In this document: positions 24,679 to 43,130 of the stretch, one piece after another
How positions within the stretch are numbered: the stretch's first letter is position 1
Layout: each line of letters opens with the position of its first letter
From: Octopus sinensis
Taxonomy: Eukaryota
DNA: 64,000 nt
Direction of reading: 5' to 3'
NCBI RefSeq assembly: GCF_006345805.1
Contig: NC_043008.1
Span: forward strand, 59,520,001 to 59,584,000
Translations under genes and position numbers: made by a program
The notes under the pieces: model-generated
What the model was told of the DNA's origin: nothing
What the model saw: the letters and a program-made list of their open reading frames with translations, nothing else
The model's database searches: none

Positions 24679-24764
24679 GTTCGGGCGAAAGAAGACTCTA
24701 ATATTTCACTTTACAATCGGATCATTATCATTGATCGCTACTACTGTTTTAAATATCGTCCTAA
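24679..24764 (+). CDS. SLC22: SLC22-family transporter exon (second MFS loop, TM9)
   Basis: aatag|G TTC GGG CGA AAG ... CTA A|gtaagt. Translates WFGRKKTLIFHFTIGSLSLIATTVLNIVL. Not in the ORF track but frame-consistent with flanking exons. Confidence 0.9.
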
Positions 24765-25052
24765 GTAAGTGTTGGCCACTATAAATTAACAGCAGATTAT
24801 TTCTAATCCTGGGAAAGATAAACCAGATCTAAATCTAACGACAAAACACTGACCAGATCGCTCGGCAACATTTTTTATCTTTTGTTTCCAAAAATAACCC
24901 TAAAAAAATTCACCGTATGGGCCGTGGATCATCTGGTACCGGGTTGCAGAGAAAGAGTAATTTTTTTTAATTTTATTACTATTTTACTGACTATGGCAGC
25001 CATCAAGGAATTTTTGTATTAAATATTCATTATGTATGTAATGCATACACAT

Positions 25053-25370
25053 GTGGAGGTGCAATGGCCCAGTGGTTAGGGCAGCGGACTCGCGGTCGGA
25101 GGATTGCGGTTTCGATTCCCAGACAGGGCGTTGTGTGTGTTTATTGAGCGAAAACACCTGAAAGCTCCACGAGGCTCCGGCAGTGGGGGTGAGGGTGGCG
25201 ACCCCTGTTGTACTCTTTCGCCCCAACTTTCTCTTACTCTCTCTCTCTACCTGTTTCTTGAGTAACGCTGCGATGGACTGGCGTCCCGTCCAGCTGGGGG
25301 GAACACATACGTCATAGAAACCAGGAAACCGGGCCCATGAGCCTGGCTAGGCTTGAAAAGGGCGCATAAA
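25053..25370 (+). mobile_element. SINE with a family C head but a different 3' half (V-domain-like CTGCGATGGACTGGCGTCCCGTCCAG)
   Basis: Head matches family C for about 170 nt, then diverges into an unrelated tail. Confidence 0.7.
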
Positions 25371-25984
25371 AAATTTTTTTAAATACATACACATACACAC
25401 ACGTGTGTCTGTGTGTGTCTGTGTGTTCGTGCGTGTGTATGTATTATGCATTATATATGTAATAATTAATCGTATATTATGCACTTTATTGTATTTCGTT
25501 ATGTGTGTGATATCCGGTCCGTGGAAAAATTGTCTTGCATGAAACCAGTCTGTAAGATTTGATGTTTCAGAAAGTAAATTTTTAACCTCAAACAAGTTTT
25601 ATCTACTAAATTGCCTACATAGTATAAAGGCAGACCAGCTGTGACAAACCTACTAAAACAGACTGAACTATCTGTATACCTGTTTGCTAATAAGTGCATT
25701 TAAACGTTGGCGGTTTTATATATAATATACAAATGTGTGTGCGCGCGCACGCGTGAGTGTGTATGAAAATTAATAAAACAAGATGAGAATGAACAGGCTT
25801 TAGTTACAATTGTCAGCCATTGTTTCTGTGCACGAATTCTGCAGACACTAACGGATTTCTACATATATATCCAGTAAAAGGAGTAATCCAGCTATAAGAT
25901 GGCATATGGTAGCCGATAACCGCATATGAGCTTTGAAATACACGCTATGAGGTTATTGTGCATATGATATTACATATGTGTATG

Positions 25985-26075
<91 letters not shown>

Positions 26076-28194
26076 GTCTGTGTGTGTGAGAGAGAGAGGA
26101 GAGAGAGAGCGTTTGTGTACTTTTGTGTGTATATCGTTTTATTAAATTTCTACCACCTGTTTGTCGTTTAAGGAATGACTGATTAAACAGTTTGAAATCA
26201 ATAAAAAATAGCCATTTCTCTATTTCTCTCTCTCTTTCTCTCTCTCTCTCCCCCTCACTTCCTTTCTCTCTCTCTCCCTCCCTCATTCCTCTCTTTCTCT
26301 AAAGATATATATATATATATTATATATATATATATATATGCATGTATATATATATATTTATGCATAGATATATACATGCATAGATATATATACATATATA
26401 CATATATATATATACATACAGACAAACATACACACATACATACATACACACACATACACACACACACATATATACATATATATACATATATATATATATT
26501 CCTCTCTTGATCACTCCTCTACTGATGATGGCTCTTCTAATCTTGTTCTGTCGTTATTAATTCTTTATAATATCTTTTTCTGAAATCATTTTGGATATTT
26601 CATGTCATCTGGCAAAATTTATTGCCTTCTTTGAATCAGTACAAACATAATTGGTGAATATAAATGACGAAGTGTTTTAGATATTGCTTTCATTTTGACG
26701 AAGGAAGATTAAATAAGATATTGAGACAATCATGACTTTCCTTGTTACATTAACTACGTAAAGAAAGCTCATTATGAGGTTGAATTATGTATTAGCCATA
26801 CTAGGCTACAATAGATATCGTTTACCTTTTGACCATCTACACACCTTAATATTTGTTTTTTATCATCGGTTGAATTTGCGATGGTGGAGTAAGTATATGA
26901 GTACATTTGCACGTCGTTGCTACTATACAAGATGTTCTCAGTCCTAATCTACTGCTCTCCCAGCAACTCATGTTGTCTTTCAATCGTTCGTACCACAAGT
27001 TTAGATGGATGTCAAAACAGATATCACAATTTCCGAGAGTGTTATCGATGACAGACTTGCCTTTACTGTCTGAGAAAAAAAAACACAAAACACAATTCTT
27101 CTCATCATTTTAAAGCCAAAACCATCATTTTTATTGATGCATTATGTGGTCAGGCCTCAGGCCTATACCCAGGGCTATAGACCATCATGAAACTGTTAGA
27201 TTATGTGTATATTTAATCGTCAGGCATTCTGTCATAATTTCAGGGAACTGCTACATCATTTGCTAAAACACAAAACTAGGTAAGACGATAATGTAAACAG
27301 ACCGTTTCGGAGTCTACCACGAATATCACCTTCGACTTTCACATGCAATTTATAGGTGTTCATAATGATAGATGGCTTCGTGGATAAGATACCGGAGACA
27401 CGGTCTTGAAACCGAGAGATCAATAATTCGTATCTTGTTGCTACATTTAAGTTGTAACTGTCACTAAGACACAAAGCTCTGGAATGCCTAGTTTACCTAA
27501 CTATAAATGTGTGCCAAATAGCTAATGAATTCGGTTCATTTATTAAAATAAAACCAGAATAAATTCTGAACATTGTCTTCCTTGTAACTAGAAACAGAGC
27601 ACCAATATTTCAGTAGAAACCTTAAAAGGAACAAAAGTAATATTCATATGTTTTTCTTTTGAAATTAGCAGCGTAACTAAAATAAAATGACTTCTATCGA
27701 CAATTTAGACCATGTTTCAGCCTCATACAACATTTCTTCTACATACTGACTTATTATTTGAGAGTGGAACATGCTGTGTTATTGAGTATATGTTCAATAT
27801 CTTATATCTCTCAAATATTGCTGTGCTATGTCCATGGTACTGTTAATAATGTAGTTTCATCTAGATGGAAGTTAGTTTCGGTACAGTTTATTATTAAAAC
27901 GACGTGGTTGGTGTATCATTAATGATTGTCCCATTCAGTACTTCTCAAAATAACCGATATCATATCCCTTGAGAATGATGGGGAATTTTAAACGGATATA
28001 GAGAATGAAGGGTATGTGGTAGGGAGAAGTGATAAATGCATCTGTGCACTTTTTGGTTTTGTTTTGTTTTTTAATGTTTTTCCTCTATTGAAAAAAAATA
28101 TGTTTTTAAATTTGAAATGTAATGTTCTGATAAACTGTTTGTTGGCTACAATCACAGCAATGATAGCCACAATAATAACAAACAGCCACAACTA

Positions 28195-28379
28195 CCGTAT
28201 TTTTTAGACCAAAATTTACAGCCAAAGAAAGACAGATTGACTTATACACCAAGATGACTTTGGAAGACCAAAACTTCCATGTGAAATGCAGCAAGATTTG
28301 GAAAGATAATGATGACATTTGAATGTTTGCGCTAACATGTTTACGCTATAAAATACGACTTATATGCCGGAAAATACGT
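28195..28379. mobile_element. Degraded pogo-like MITE; related truncated copy at 29231-29372
   Basis: TA|CCGTATT start and GACTTATATGCCGGAAAATACG end. Shares the internal GAAGACCAAAA...ATGCAGCA.GATTTGG block with 29231-29372. Confidence 0.5.
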
Positions 28380-28584
28380 TATAACTAAGTCAACAATAAT
28401 AGGCTTTGAAGTAAGAATAATACGGTTATTCTGTTATAAGTAGGAGTCACCTGCATCAAAGAAGTACCCAAACTAAATTACACTGGTCTGTTATTACGTA
28501 TATGTAATCTAAAAATGATGGGGCACTGATTTGTTGCAAAAGGAGATTGAAAATGTTAAAATAAAAGAGGTGATATTTTAAAAT

Positions 28585-28851
28585 ATGTGAGGTATATTTG
28601 CCATCTCAATATGGCTAACCACTAAGGGTGGGTGTTACTGTAGCTTGTAGCCCCAGGAGAACATCGTCTCCAGCTGGCTTTAGGCACACTTTCTGTGCCC
28701 TTAAGGTATTTGCAAAAGGAGGTCAAATAACTTAAGGGCACAGAAAGTGTGCCTAAAGCCAGCTGGAGGAGATGTTCTCCTGAGGCTACAAGCTACAGTA
28801 ACACCCACCCTTAGTGGTTAGCCATATTGAGATGGCAAATATACCTCACAT
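28585..28851. repeat. Near-perfect inverted repeat (128-bp arms, 11-nt loop)
   Basis: Arms 28585-28712 and 28724-28851 pair with about 4 mismatches counted by eye. Confidence 0.92.
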
Positions 28852-29059
28852 TGTCATGCAGTTACTGTTTATACCTCGTTCAGAGATTTATTATTATTTT
28901 TAAATAATTTGAGAAGTATTACTGGTTTCATTGGTCTGTGCTTCGTTACTTACACTGAGTTAAACAAAAAAAAACGAAACTAGCAAAATTAGATTTTCTT
29001 TCCTCCAAGTTTGTAAACCTGTACTAATTTATGCTTGTCTCCACTTTTTGCCATTCCAG

Positions 29060-29180
29060 GTAAAAACAGTAGCTTACGTATACTGATTTCAGTTGCCTCG
29101 TTTTTGGGTATGTTTGGCATCTCTGGGGCTTTTGCAGATCTGTGGAGTTACCTGCCAGAATTAATACCTACTGATCACAG
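29060..29180 (+). CDS. SLC22: SLC22-family transporter exon (TM10)
   Basis: ttccag|GT AAA ... CAC AG|gtgagt. Translates ...[27 protein letters not shown], corresponding to the ELYPTxxR motif. Confidence 0.92.
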
Positions 29181-29374
29181 GTGAGTTTTATAAGTTGTGG
29201 AAATTTTGTTTCATTATTTTCTTTTAAATACCGTTTCTTCCGGCATACAAGTCGAATTTTTCATACCAATGTTTGCAACCAAAATATGATGGGTCGACTT
29301 ATACTTAAGAAGACCAAAAACTCCCTGTGGAATGCAGCAGGATTTGGGAAAATATTGAGGATGTTTGAATGTTT

Positions 29375-29463
<89 letters not shown>

Positions 29464-29482
29464 CATACATACACACACACAT

Positions 29483-29531
<49 letters not shown>

Positions 29532-30339
29532 TTCCTCTCTTGATCACTCCTCTACTGATGATGGCTCTTCTAATCTTGTTCTGTCGTTATTAATTCTTTA
29601 TAATATCTTTTTCTGAAATCATTTTGGATATTCGTACTGTTTCTATAAAGCCTCTTTTTCTTGGTGGATGGTAGAATCAGTAGAGCATCGAAATATTTAC
29701 AAGTGGTGTGATGTTTAGTTACATCCATTTACGTTCTGAATAGGTACAATTAAATAAGAGTATTTGGAATTATGAAGAAATTAAAAAATCTGTTCATTCA
29801 CGGGAGACAGGCGTTGCTGTGTGATAAGAAGTTTGCCTCCGAACCACATACTTACGGGTTGTTTCACAGCGTGGCACCTTGAGCAAGTGTCTTCTCTTAT
29901 AGTTCCAGGACGGCCGAAACCTTGTGAGTGGATTTGGTAAACGGAAACTGAAAGGCCGTTGTATGTGTTCATGTGTGCTTCTGTTTAAGTTCGACCTCCC
30001 AGTGTATGTATGTATTTATGCATGTATGTATAACAGGTATATATCTGTGTATGTGTGAGGTACTGTATGAAGATCCACCGTGTTATCATCCCGTACTCTA
30101 TAGAACAATTTTCCTTTCATATCTAACATAAAATAAGTTGCAGAATAAATTCTGGGATCGATATAACCTTGAAGGTGGTGGTCTACATCACAGCCGCAGT
30201 CGAGAATCTGAGGCCTGTAAAAGAATAATAAATATTTAGAATCTCTATGCTAATCACTGTTGTATTTCGTCACTGGAGAACAACATCACCCTTCAGAGGA
30301 TTGCATGTTTGTAGCACACTCGATTCATTGAGATAAAGA

Positions 30340-30381
30340 GACTCTGGGTGTTTCGACCTTATTGTATGTCTCCTCAGCCAA
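30340..30381 (-). ncRNA. Possible degenerate hammerhead motif
   Basis: Minus strand reads UUGG CUGAGGA GAC-AUACAAUAAG-GUC GAAA CACCCAGA GUC. Core boxes and stem II are present, but stems I and III are weak. Confidence 0.35.
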
Positions 30382-31239
30382 AGCTACTCCGGACCAATGA
30401 ATTTAACAAGAGTTTTGGGTCTTGTTTGTAGTATATTCAGCGGCAGACAGTAATATTTGCTAATGTTTACGGACCTCTATTCTTTTCTTTCATTCTTTTA
30501 TTTGCTTCAGTCATTTGACTGCGGCCATGCTGGAGCACCGCCTTTAGTCGAGCAAATCGACCCCAGGACTTATTCTTTGTAAGTCAAGTACTTATTCTAT
30601 CGTAAACTCTTTTGCCGAACCGCTAAGTTACGAGGACGTAAGCACACCAGCATCGGTTGTCAAGCGATGTTCGGGGGACAAACTCAGACACACAAACATT
30701 TACACACACGTACATATATATACATATATACGTCGGGCTTCTTTCAGTTTCCGTCTATCAAATCCACTCACAAGGCTTTGGTCGGCCCGAGGCTATAGTA
30801 AAAGACCCTTCCCCAAGGTGTCACGCAGTGGGACTGAACCCGGAACCATGTGGTTGGTAAGCAAGCTACTTATCACACAGCCACTCCTACGCCTATACTT
30901 ACAAAAAACATTTTCATTTATTTTCATTTATTTTCCCAACGAAGACATTCGATAGAATCGGCTGTAATTAGAAATTTGACTGGGTAGACATTAGATACAC
31001 ACACACACAAACACACATACACAAACACACACGCACACACACACGCACACACACACACACACACACTCACTCACTCACGTTTATTCTTCGTTTGTATAAT
31101 TAAAACCATTTCTATCAGACTTCATTGCTTTTCTTTCTGAAACAATTTTCCTTTTTTTTAAATTAAAAAAAAACTAAATTAAAAGAAATCAAAGACGTTT
31201 TGCCGTAGCAACAACATCAAACACCGACAACAAACAAAT

Positions 31240-34950
<3,711 letters not shown>

Positions 34951-35792
34951 GGAGGAGGAGGAGGAGAGATGTACAAAGAATTAGAAAAGAAAAAAACCAA
35001 GAAAAAGAGAAGACGAGTTCGAATCCCGCCGACGTCTGATTTGCCTTTCATCTAATCGTGGGGTCGATAAAGTAAGTACCTCTCGAGCACTGAAGTCGAT
35101 GCAATCGACTAGTCCCCTCCCACAAAATTTCTGGCCTTGTGAAAGAATTATTATTGAGCAGTATTGGCAAAATAATCAGATATACTCAGGAAATCCCTTC
35201 TCAAATATGAGGCCATATGCCTTTGTTAAGAAATCAGTAAAGATATTTATTGTTATTTTTCATGTAGTATTCCAGCATACAGTCTAATTAATATTGTGGG
35301 CAATAAAGAAATATATATTTCTTTACTACCCACAAGGGGCTAAACATAGAGGGGACAAACAAGGACTGACAAAGGGATTAAGTTGATTAAATCGACCCCA
35401 GTGCGTAACTGGTACTTAATTTATCGACCCCGAAAGGATGAAAAGCAAAGTCGACTTCAGTGGAATTTGAACTCAGAACGTAACGGCAGACGAAAAACGA
35501 CTACGCATTTCGCCCGGCGTGCTAACGCCTCTGCCAGCTCGCCGCCTTAGGGCAATAAAGAAATATATTAAGGCGGCGAGCTAGCAGAATCGTTACCGAA
35601 GCGGAGAAAAGTACGTAAAGGCATTTCTTCTGATTTCCCATTCTGAGTTCAAATGCCGCCTAGATCGATTTCGCCTTCCGTGTCGATAAAATAAATACCA
35701 GTTGAATACTAAGGGTTGATGTAAGAAATTTACACCCTCTCCCAAAATTGCTAGCCAAAATATGGAACCAATATTAATTCTGCTAATTAAAA

Positions 35793-36415
35793 GTGGCGAG
35801 GTGGCAGAGTCGTTAGCACGACAGGCAAGCTGCGAAGCGGTATTTCGGCGAGCTGGCAGAAACGTTAGCACGCCGCGCGAGATGCTTTGCGGTATTTCGT
35901 CTAGCGCTACGTTCTGAGTTCAAATTCCGCCGAGGTCGACTTTCATCTTTTCGAGGTCGATAAATTAAGTACCAGTGACGCACTGGGGTCGATATAATCG
36001 ACTTGATCCCTTTGTCTGTCCTTGTTTGTCCCCTCTGTGTTTAGCCCCTTGTGGGTAGTAAAGAAATAGGTATTTCGTCTAGCGCTACGTTCTGAGTTCA
36101 AATTCCGCCGAGGTCGACTTTGCCTTTCATCCTTTCGAAGTCGATAAATTAAGTACCAGTGACGCACTGGGGTCGATATAATCGACTTGATCTCCTTGTC
36201 TGTCCTTGTTTGTCCCCTCTGTGTTTAGCCCCTTGTGGGTAGTAAAGAAATAGGTATTTCGTCTGTCTATACGTTCTGAATTCAGATTCCTCCGAGATCG
36301 ACTTTGTCTTTCATCCTTTCGGAATCGATAAAATAAGAACACTAAGGTCGATGTAATCGACTTTACTCCCCCCTCCCCAAAATTGTTGGCATTGTGCCAA
36401 AATTTGAAACTAATA
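35793..36415 (+). mobile_element. Head-to-tail chain of three family B SINE units, ending about 30 nt before the TM11 exon
   Basis: A unit of about 183 bp bounded by GGTATTTCGTC occurs twice, followed by a unit with a different tail. Confidence 0.85.
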
Positions 36416-36442
36416 TTAATACTCCTATTTCTGTTCATGTAG

Positions 36443-36515
36443 GAACGCAGCACTTGGTTTGGCGTCATCCGCTGCTCGTGTAGGCAGCGCCTTGTCACCG
36501 TTTTCAGCGTTTTTG
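36443..36515 (+). CDS. SLC22: SLC22-family transporter exon (TM11)
   Basis: tgtag|G AAC ... TTT TTG|gtaagt. Translates RNAALGLASSAARVGSALSPFSAFL, the typical ARVG...SP helix. 73 nt, restoring phase 0. Confidence 0.92.
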
Positions 36516-37257
36516 GTAAGTACTGAAAGAGTTAACTTCTAATCCCATATTTTGATGTTATTAGTAAAGATCTTGATAGCTGGGTTACTCTTTTACTTGT
36601 TTCAGTCATTTGACTGCGGCCATGCTGGAGCACCGCCTTTTAGTCAAGCAAATCGACCCCGGGACTTATTCTTTGTAAGCCCAGTACTTATTCTATCGCT
36701 AAGTGACGGGGACTTAAACACACCAGCACCGGTTGTCCAGCAATGCTAGGGGGACAAACACAGACTCACAAACACACACACATATATATATATATATACA
36801 TATATACGACAGGCTTCTTTCAGTTTCCGTCTACCAAATCCACTCACAAGGCATTGGTCGGCCCGGGGCTATAGCAGAAGACACTTGCCCAAGATGCCAC
36901 GCAGTAGGACTGAACTCGGAACCATGTGGTTGGTTAGCAAGCTACTTACCACACAGCCACTCCTGCGGGTTGTTAATGTTGTTTGTTTAACCCTTCATCT
37001 AAAATAAGCCCCTACTGTAACCAAACGCATTACGAGCATGATCCCACTACTTTTTTCTGTACTAGAAACTGCAGTGTCGTATGTGACCATTCTATTTTAA
37101 GACAGTAGATAGTGATTTGAAGGAGGCTTTGCCCACTATTACTGGCGGAGTTTCCCTTCTTTGCTCAGGCTTTCCCTTGAGGGACGACTGGAAAATCTTA
37201 GAATACCTCTGGTCAAACAAACCGATGTATAATACACAGGGAACTGGCTAAACGACT

Positions 37258-37490
37258 TGGTGTAGGCAGAATCGTTAGCACGCCGGGCGAAATGCTTAGA
37301 GGTATTTCGTCTGCCGTTACGTTCTGAGTTCAAATTCCGCCGAGGTCGACTTAGCCTTTCATCCTTTCGGGGTCGATTAAATAAGTACCAGTTACGCACT
37401 GGGGGTCGATGTAATCGACTTAATCCGTTTGTCTGTCCGTGTTTGTCCCCTCTGTGTTTAGTCCCTTGTGGGTAGTAAAGAAATAGGTAT
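37258..37490 (+). mobile_element. SINE family B monomer (tRNA head plus Meta-domain-like core)
   Basis: B box GAGTTCAAATTCC and core GCCTTTCATCCTTTCGGGGTCGATTAAATAAGTACC resembling the MetaSINE domain. Many further copies, e.g. 108-260, 15920-16160, 31995-32210, 35310-35550, 45925-46160, 52020-52480, 57170-58180 and 63735-63945. Confidence 0.88.
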
Positions 37491-38295
37491 TGTCTTTGGT
37501 TATTTTAAGGAAAGTATCAGGTTTGTAATTCAAATTGATTTGTCGAAAACATGTGGAGAATGTCTCGTTTTTTTCTGTTTTATGTATTAACTGATTTGGT
37601 TTGAATTATTTTTATGTATTTTCTGCAAGACATAAATCACATCTTTTTTCTCCTGTCTATAGCTTTATTGTTTTTCAGTTTTTGTTTTCCCTTACTTTTT
37701 TTTCTTTCTTTCCATGCCTTCTCCCTCCTGGTTGAACAAACGTTTTACAGTATATGTAGTTAAGTTAATAAGGGTATCTTCAAGCAGTATTGTTTGTACA
37801 AGTTAAGCGAATTAATAAAGCCATACAGAATGGGTTTCTGTTAAACAATTTCTTTCACTTATTTTCGAAAATGCCTTGTCTCTACAACCAATATTTCTGT
37901 ATAAATGTCTTATACGAAATTGTCAAAATTGTACAAAATCTACGGGAGTTCATACACTATTCATACTTCGCACTGTCGATCAATCGTATCTTATTATCAA
38001 CATATCTTTTGAGAAGAAAATATTAATAAAAGTATGAAAAAACTTAGAAAATACTATTACATTTCTTCTATATCTGAGACTGAACGAAGTTCTCAGCGGT
38101 TTTTTTGTTCTGTTTCCAGTGTGAAATATAATCGTACACAGTTAAGATTATATTTGCAAATATAACCGACGGAGTGTCAGTGTGCGTGGATGTTTGTGTT
38201 GTCAGGAAATAAATAACTGTTTAAAAATACCTATTTCTTTGGTTTACTCCTTGACTGTCAATTGACGTTTGTACATATATATATATATATATATT

Positions 38296-39405
<1,110 letters not shown>

Positions 39406-39420
39406 TATATATATACATAC

Positions 39421-39451
<31 letters not shown>

Positions 39452-39462
39452 ATATATATATA

Positions 39463-39506
<44 letters not shown>

Positions 39507-40111
39507 TACATATATGCGTTTTTGTCAGATTGCTTGTGCACACAACTGTTTCTGTGACTCTACGTTCATATCTGCATATCCGTATATGCGCGTGTAAGTG
39601 TGTAAGTGTGTGTAAGTGTGAGAGAGAGAGAGAGGGGGGGGAGGCTATATGTCTGTACAAGATAAAAGAGAGGGACGATGGCTGAATGGATAAGGTCTTA
39701 GGCAACCAGCTCGTAGGTCATGAGTTCAAATTCGGTATTGATCTTTCTTTGTGCTTTCTATTCACCCACATGTAAAGACCAATCGCTAGAATTTCCTAGA
39801 GAGAAATCAATAAATTGGCAATCATCCATTATTTGATACGACAAATTACTATAGGTGGATTAAATAATCCTCACCGTCTGTAATGATTCTTCAGTGATTT
39901 AGATCTTCAAAGATCTATGAACACTCAAATGGAAAAATCAGTCGAAGACGCGAAGCGTGTAATTTGTTACAACAGTAAGATATTCAACCGAATATTCTAG
40001 ACACATCTATAATACTTTAGAATAATATTACAACGTCACCTTCAGAAGATCTTCCATTGTACTCACTACAAACAGACATAGCAACATAAAAATATGAGCA
40101 GCGTCATCCAG

Positions 40112-40476
40112 CATGGCTTAGTGGTTAGGGCAGCGGACTCGCGGTCGTAGGATCGCGGTTTCGATTCCCAGACCGGGCGTTGTGAGTGTTTATTGAGCGA
40201 AAACACCTAAAAGCTCCACGAGGCTCCGGCAGAGATGGTGGTGATCCCTGCTGTACTCTTTCACCACAACTTTCTCTCACTCTTACTTCCTGTTTCTGTT
40301 GTACCTGTATTTCAAAGGGCCGGCCTTGTCACTCTCTGTGTCACGCTGAATATCCCCGAGAACTACGTTAAGGGTACACGTGTCTGTGGAGTGCTCACCC
40401 ACTTACACGTTAATTTCACGAGCAGGCTGTTCCGTTGATCGGATCAACCGGAACCCTCGTCGTCGTAACCGACGGA
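40112..40476 (+). mobile_element. SINE family C, followed by another tRNA-headed SINE remnant to about 40700
   Basis: Same body as the other family C copies; ORF-track peptides are the same or nearly so. Confidence 0.88.
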
Positions 40477-42065
40477 GTTTTTCTAAAGTGGTTAGGGTGC
40501 TACACACACGATTGCGAGATCGTGGGTTCGATTCCCAGACCGGTGTTCTTGAGCAAAGCACTTCGTTTCACGTTGCTCTGCGATCATTTCGACGTCTGAC
40601 ATGTGGCACCCAGTTACACCTATACAGGTAATAATGTTGATTTGGTGGAGGGAGGAAGCTTATGTCTACACAAGCATTTGATCACTATGAACAAACCATT
40701 TGTGTTGTTGTCCCATTAGAAACTGTTGAACCTTCGTCGAGAGAGTCCATTATACATACATACACACATACATACATACATACATACATATATATGTTTA
40801 TTGAGCGAAAACAGCTAACTCTTTTGTCTACGAAATAGCACGTGTAGACAAATATATTCTACGCGAAAACATGTGTCGATGCTATGCTCTGCAACTTGTG
40901 CCCATCTGCTTCACCTCTGGTCGAGAGATGTGCTAAAAAATAACAGCCAAATAGGCCTTAAATCGCACACCACCATTTTTTTTTTTTTTTGCATACTCGT
41001 ATGAATTCCATAGTATAGAATACAAACTCGCAAAAATTTCCTGAAAATTCCAAAAAATAAGCAAGTTATGATGGTTATGTCGTGTGTAAAGCAAAATTTC
41101 AGGAAACTGGGTGAAAATTATCAAACTTTAAAACCGCTATACCTTTTTTAAACGATTTTTCTGGGAAAGTGAAATATATCCTAGGGTTCAGCTTGGAAAA
41201 CTACATTAACACACCAAATTTTAAAATTTTCAATAAACTCTGAAATTTCCACAGCTGCAGCCAAAGAGAAAAGATCCAAATTGCTTATTTGTTCATGGGA
41301 AAAACTACACACAACATATAATTTTAATATTGATTTCGGTAAAAAGAAAATGAGCAAAATATTTCTGTTTCTAAATTTATTTTGATTAGATTTCATAAAA
41401 GGAGACAAAACTAAAATAGAGGGAAATTAATTCTTAGAATTATAAATTATTGATAAGATGTTGAGAAAAACAATCTCTTTTTAATATTCAGTGAGGATAT
41501 CAGTGGAAAATCTAATGAAAGAAACGAGCGTATTGAATAATTTGTGTGAATAAATTTATCCCAACTGCTGTAATTCTGCCTTTAGTGAATATAAAACCGC
41601 GAGTTGTTCTGGTGATAAAAATTCTGTTTGCAGAAAGAAAAATATATAAAATGGAAAATATATTGACAGGGAGATTAATTCTCCGCAGTTGATTATATTT
41701 CCAGGTTTAGCGGACAGTAGGTGAGAAAAAAAATACGAATATATAAAAAAAATTATATCCTACATACATACATACATACATACATACATACATACATACA
41801 CACTCACATACAAGTACACACACATACATATGTACAAATATACATACATACATACACGTAGACACACATGCATATGTGCAAATATACATGCATACATACA
41901 TGCACGCATATAAGCATACATGTATATATACTTACGTACATATATGATATATGCATACATATATTAATACATACATACATACATACATACGTACATACAT
42001 ACATACATACAACATACATACATACATACATACATACATACATACATACATACATACATACATAC

Positions 42066-43130
42066 ATACATGATGGCTGCTTCCTCGTTCTCGAGTATAG
42101 CCATCGTCTGAAGTATTCCTGAATCGTTCTCATATGTGAACAGCACGAGTGTGACCTTTCAGTCCAGCGAGTGGCCTGCACACTTTAGCAATTACATACA
42201 TGAGTACCTCCGACCACATGAACCACATGTTGGTCATCATGCACTTTCATGTGACGTCTCAAACCTCCAGCTGACAGATAAACTTTATCGCATTCAACAA
42301 ATCATCATCTGCTTCTATAGATGGCAGACTGTCAAGTTCGCACATGACTGGCAAGATCTTGACACCCTCGATTGCAGCCTCAGCTACCGTGGTCTCCCGT
42401 GAGTAGAGATCCTGGTAGTACTCTACCCATCTATCCATTTGCTTGCTTTGGTCCTTGATGAGATCTCCAGTAGTTGATTTCAGAGGGGCTGGCTTGGTTA
42501 CGGATGGACCGATGGCCTTCTTCAAACCGGCATACATCCAACGGGTGTCGCCACTGTCAGCAGCTGACTGGATACTCTGACAGATTTCCTGCCATTACCT
42601 ATTTGCACAGCGTCTGGCAGTCAGTTGGGTTTAATTTCTTGTCTTTCTGAGTTCTTCGAGTGACCTTGTAAAAGAATCACTCTTGTATTGCATCAGAGCT
42701 GCGCGCTTTGCTTCGATAACTGGTTCCAGCTCTGAGAGCCCAGCACTGAAACAATCTGGGTTTTGCCTTTCTCTCATGCCGAAAGTATCTATTGATGTGG
42801 TATACAAAGCTTCCCTGATATAATTCCACCTACTTTCAGCAGAGGAGGTTGGGCAGCTACTGAGGGCAACCTTGTTAGAAACAGCAAAACATTTTCGCAG
42901 TGTATGGTCCGAGGTTCTGGCAGTGTTAATGCACTTTTAGCCCGTTATAAGGTACTTCATAATAGCAAGAACACATTTGATATTCGACGAGTGAGTTTCC
43001 TATGTGGATCTTGACAACCTCTTTAATCATGAAGTTGTCGACCATTCACTCAATTTTTTTGATCCGGAGGATGACAGCATTCATACACGGATCATAGAAA
43101 GGGCGATGGGTGTTCGTCAAGAAGAAAAGT
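42066..43130 (-). mobile_element. RTE-clade LINE remnant with internal deletion of the RT domain
   Basis: GLKKAIGP...APLKSTTG...QMDRWVEYYQDLYSRE is the RTE endonuclease-RT linker. It is joined near 42310 directly to a C2H2-like segment (ECDKVYLSAGGLRRHMKVH), the 3' motif and an (ATGT)n tail. Confidence 0.8.

Noticed and set aside
26846-27088. Minus-strand 80-aa ORF preceded by an acceptor-like poly-T/CAG
   Set aside because: No recognisable domain, donor site or partner exons. A faint Penelope-RT resemblance nearby (about 26580-26640) was too weak to call.
40186-40631. Identical peptides (MVVIPAVLFHH..., MFIERKHLK...) recurring four times
   Set aside because: They are readings of SINE family C copies, not a gene family.
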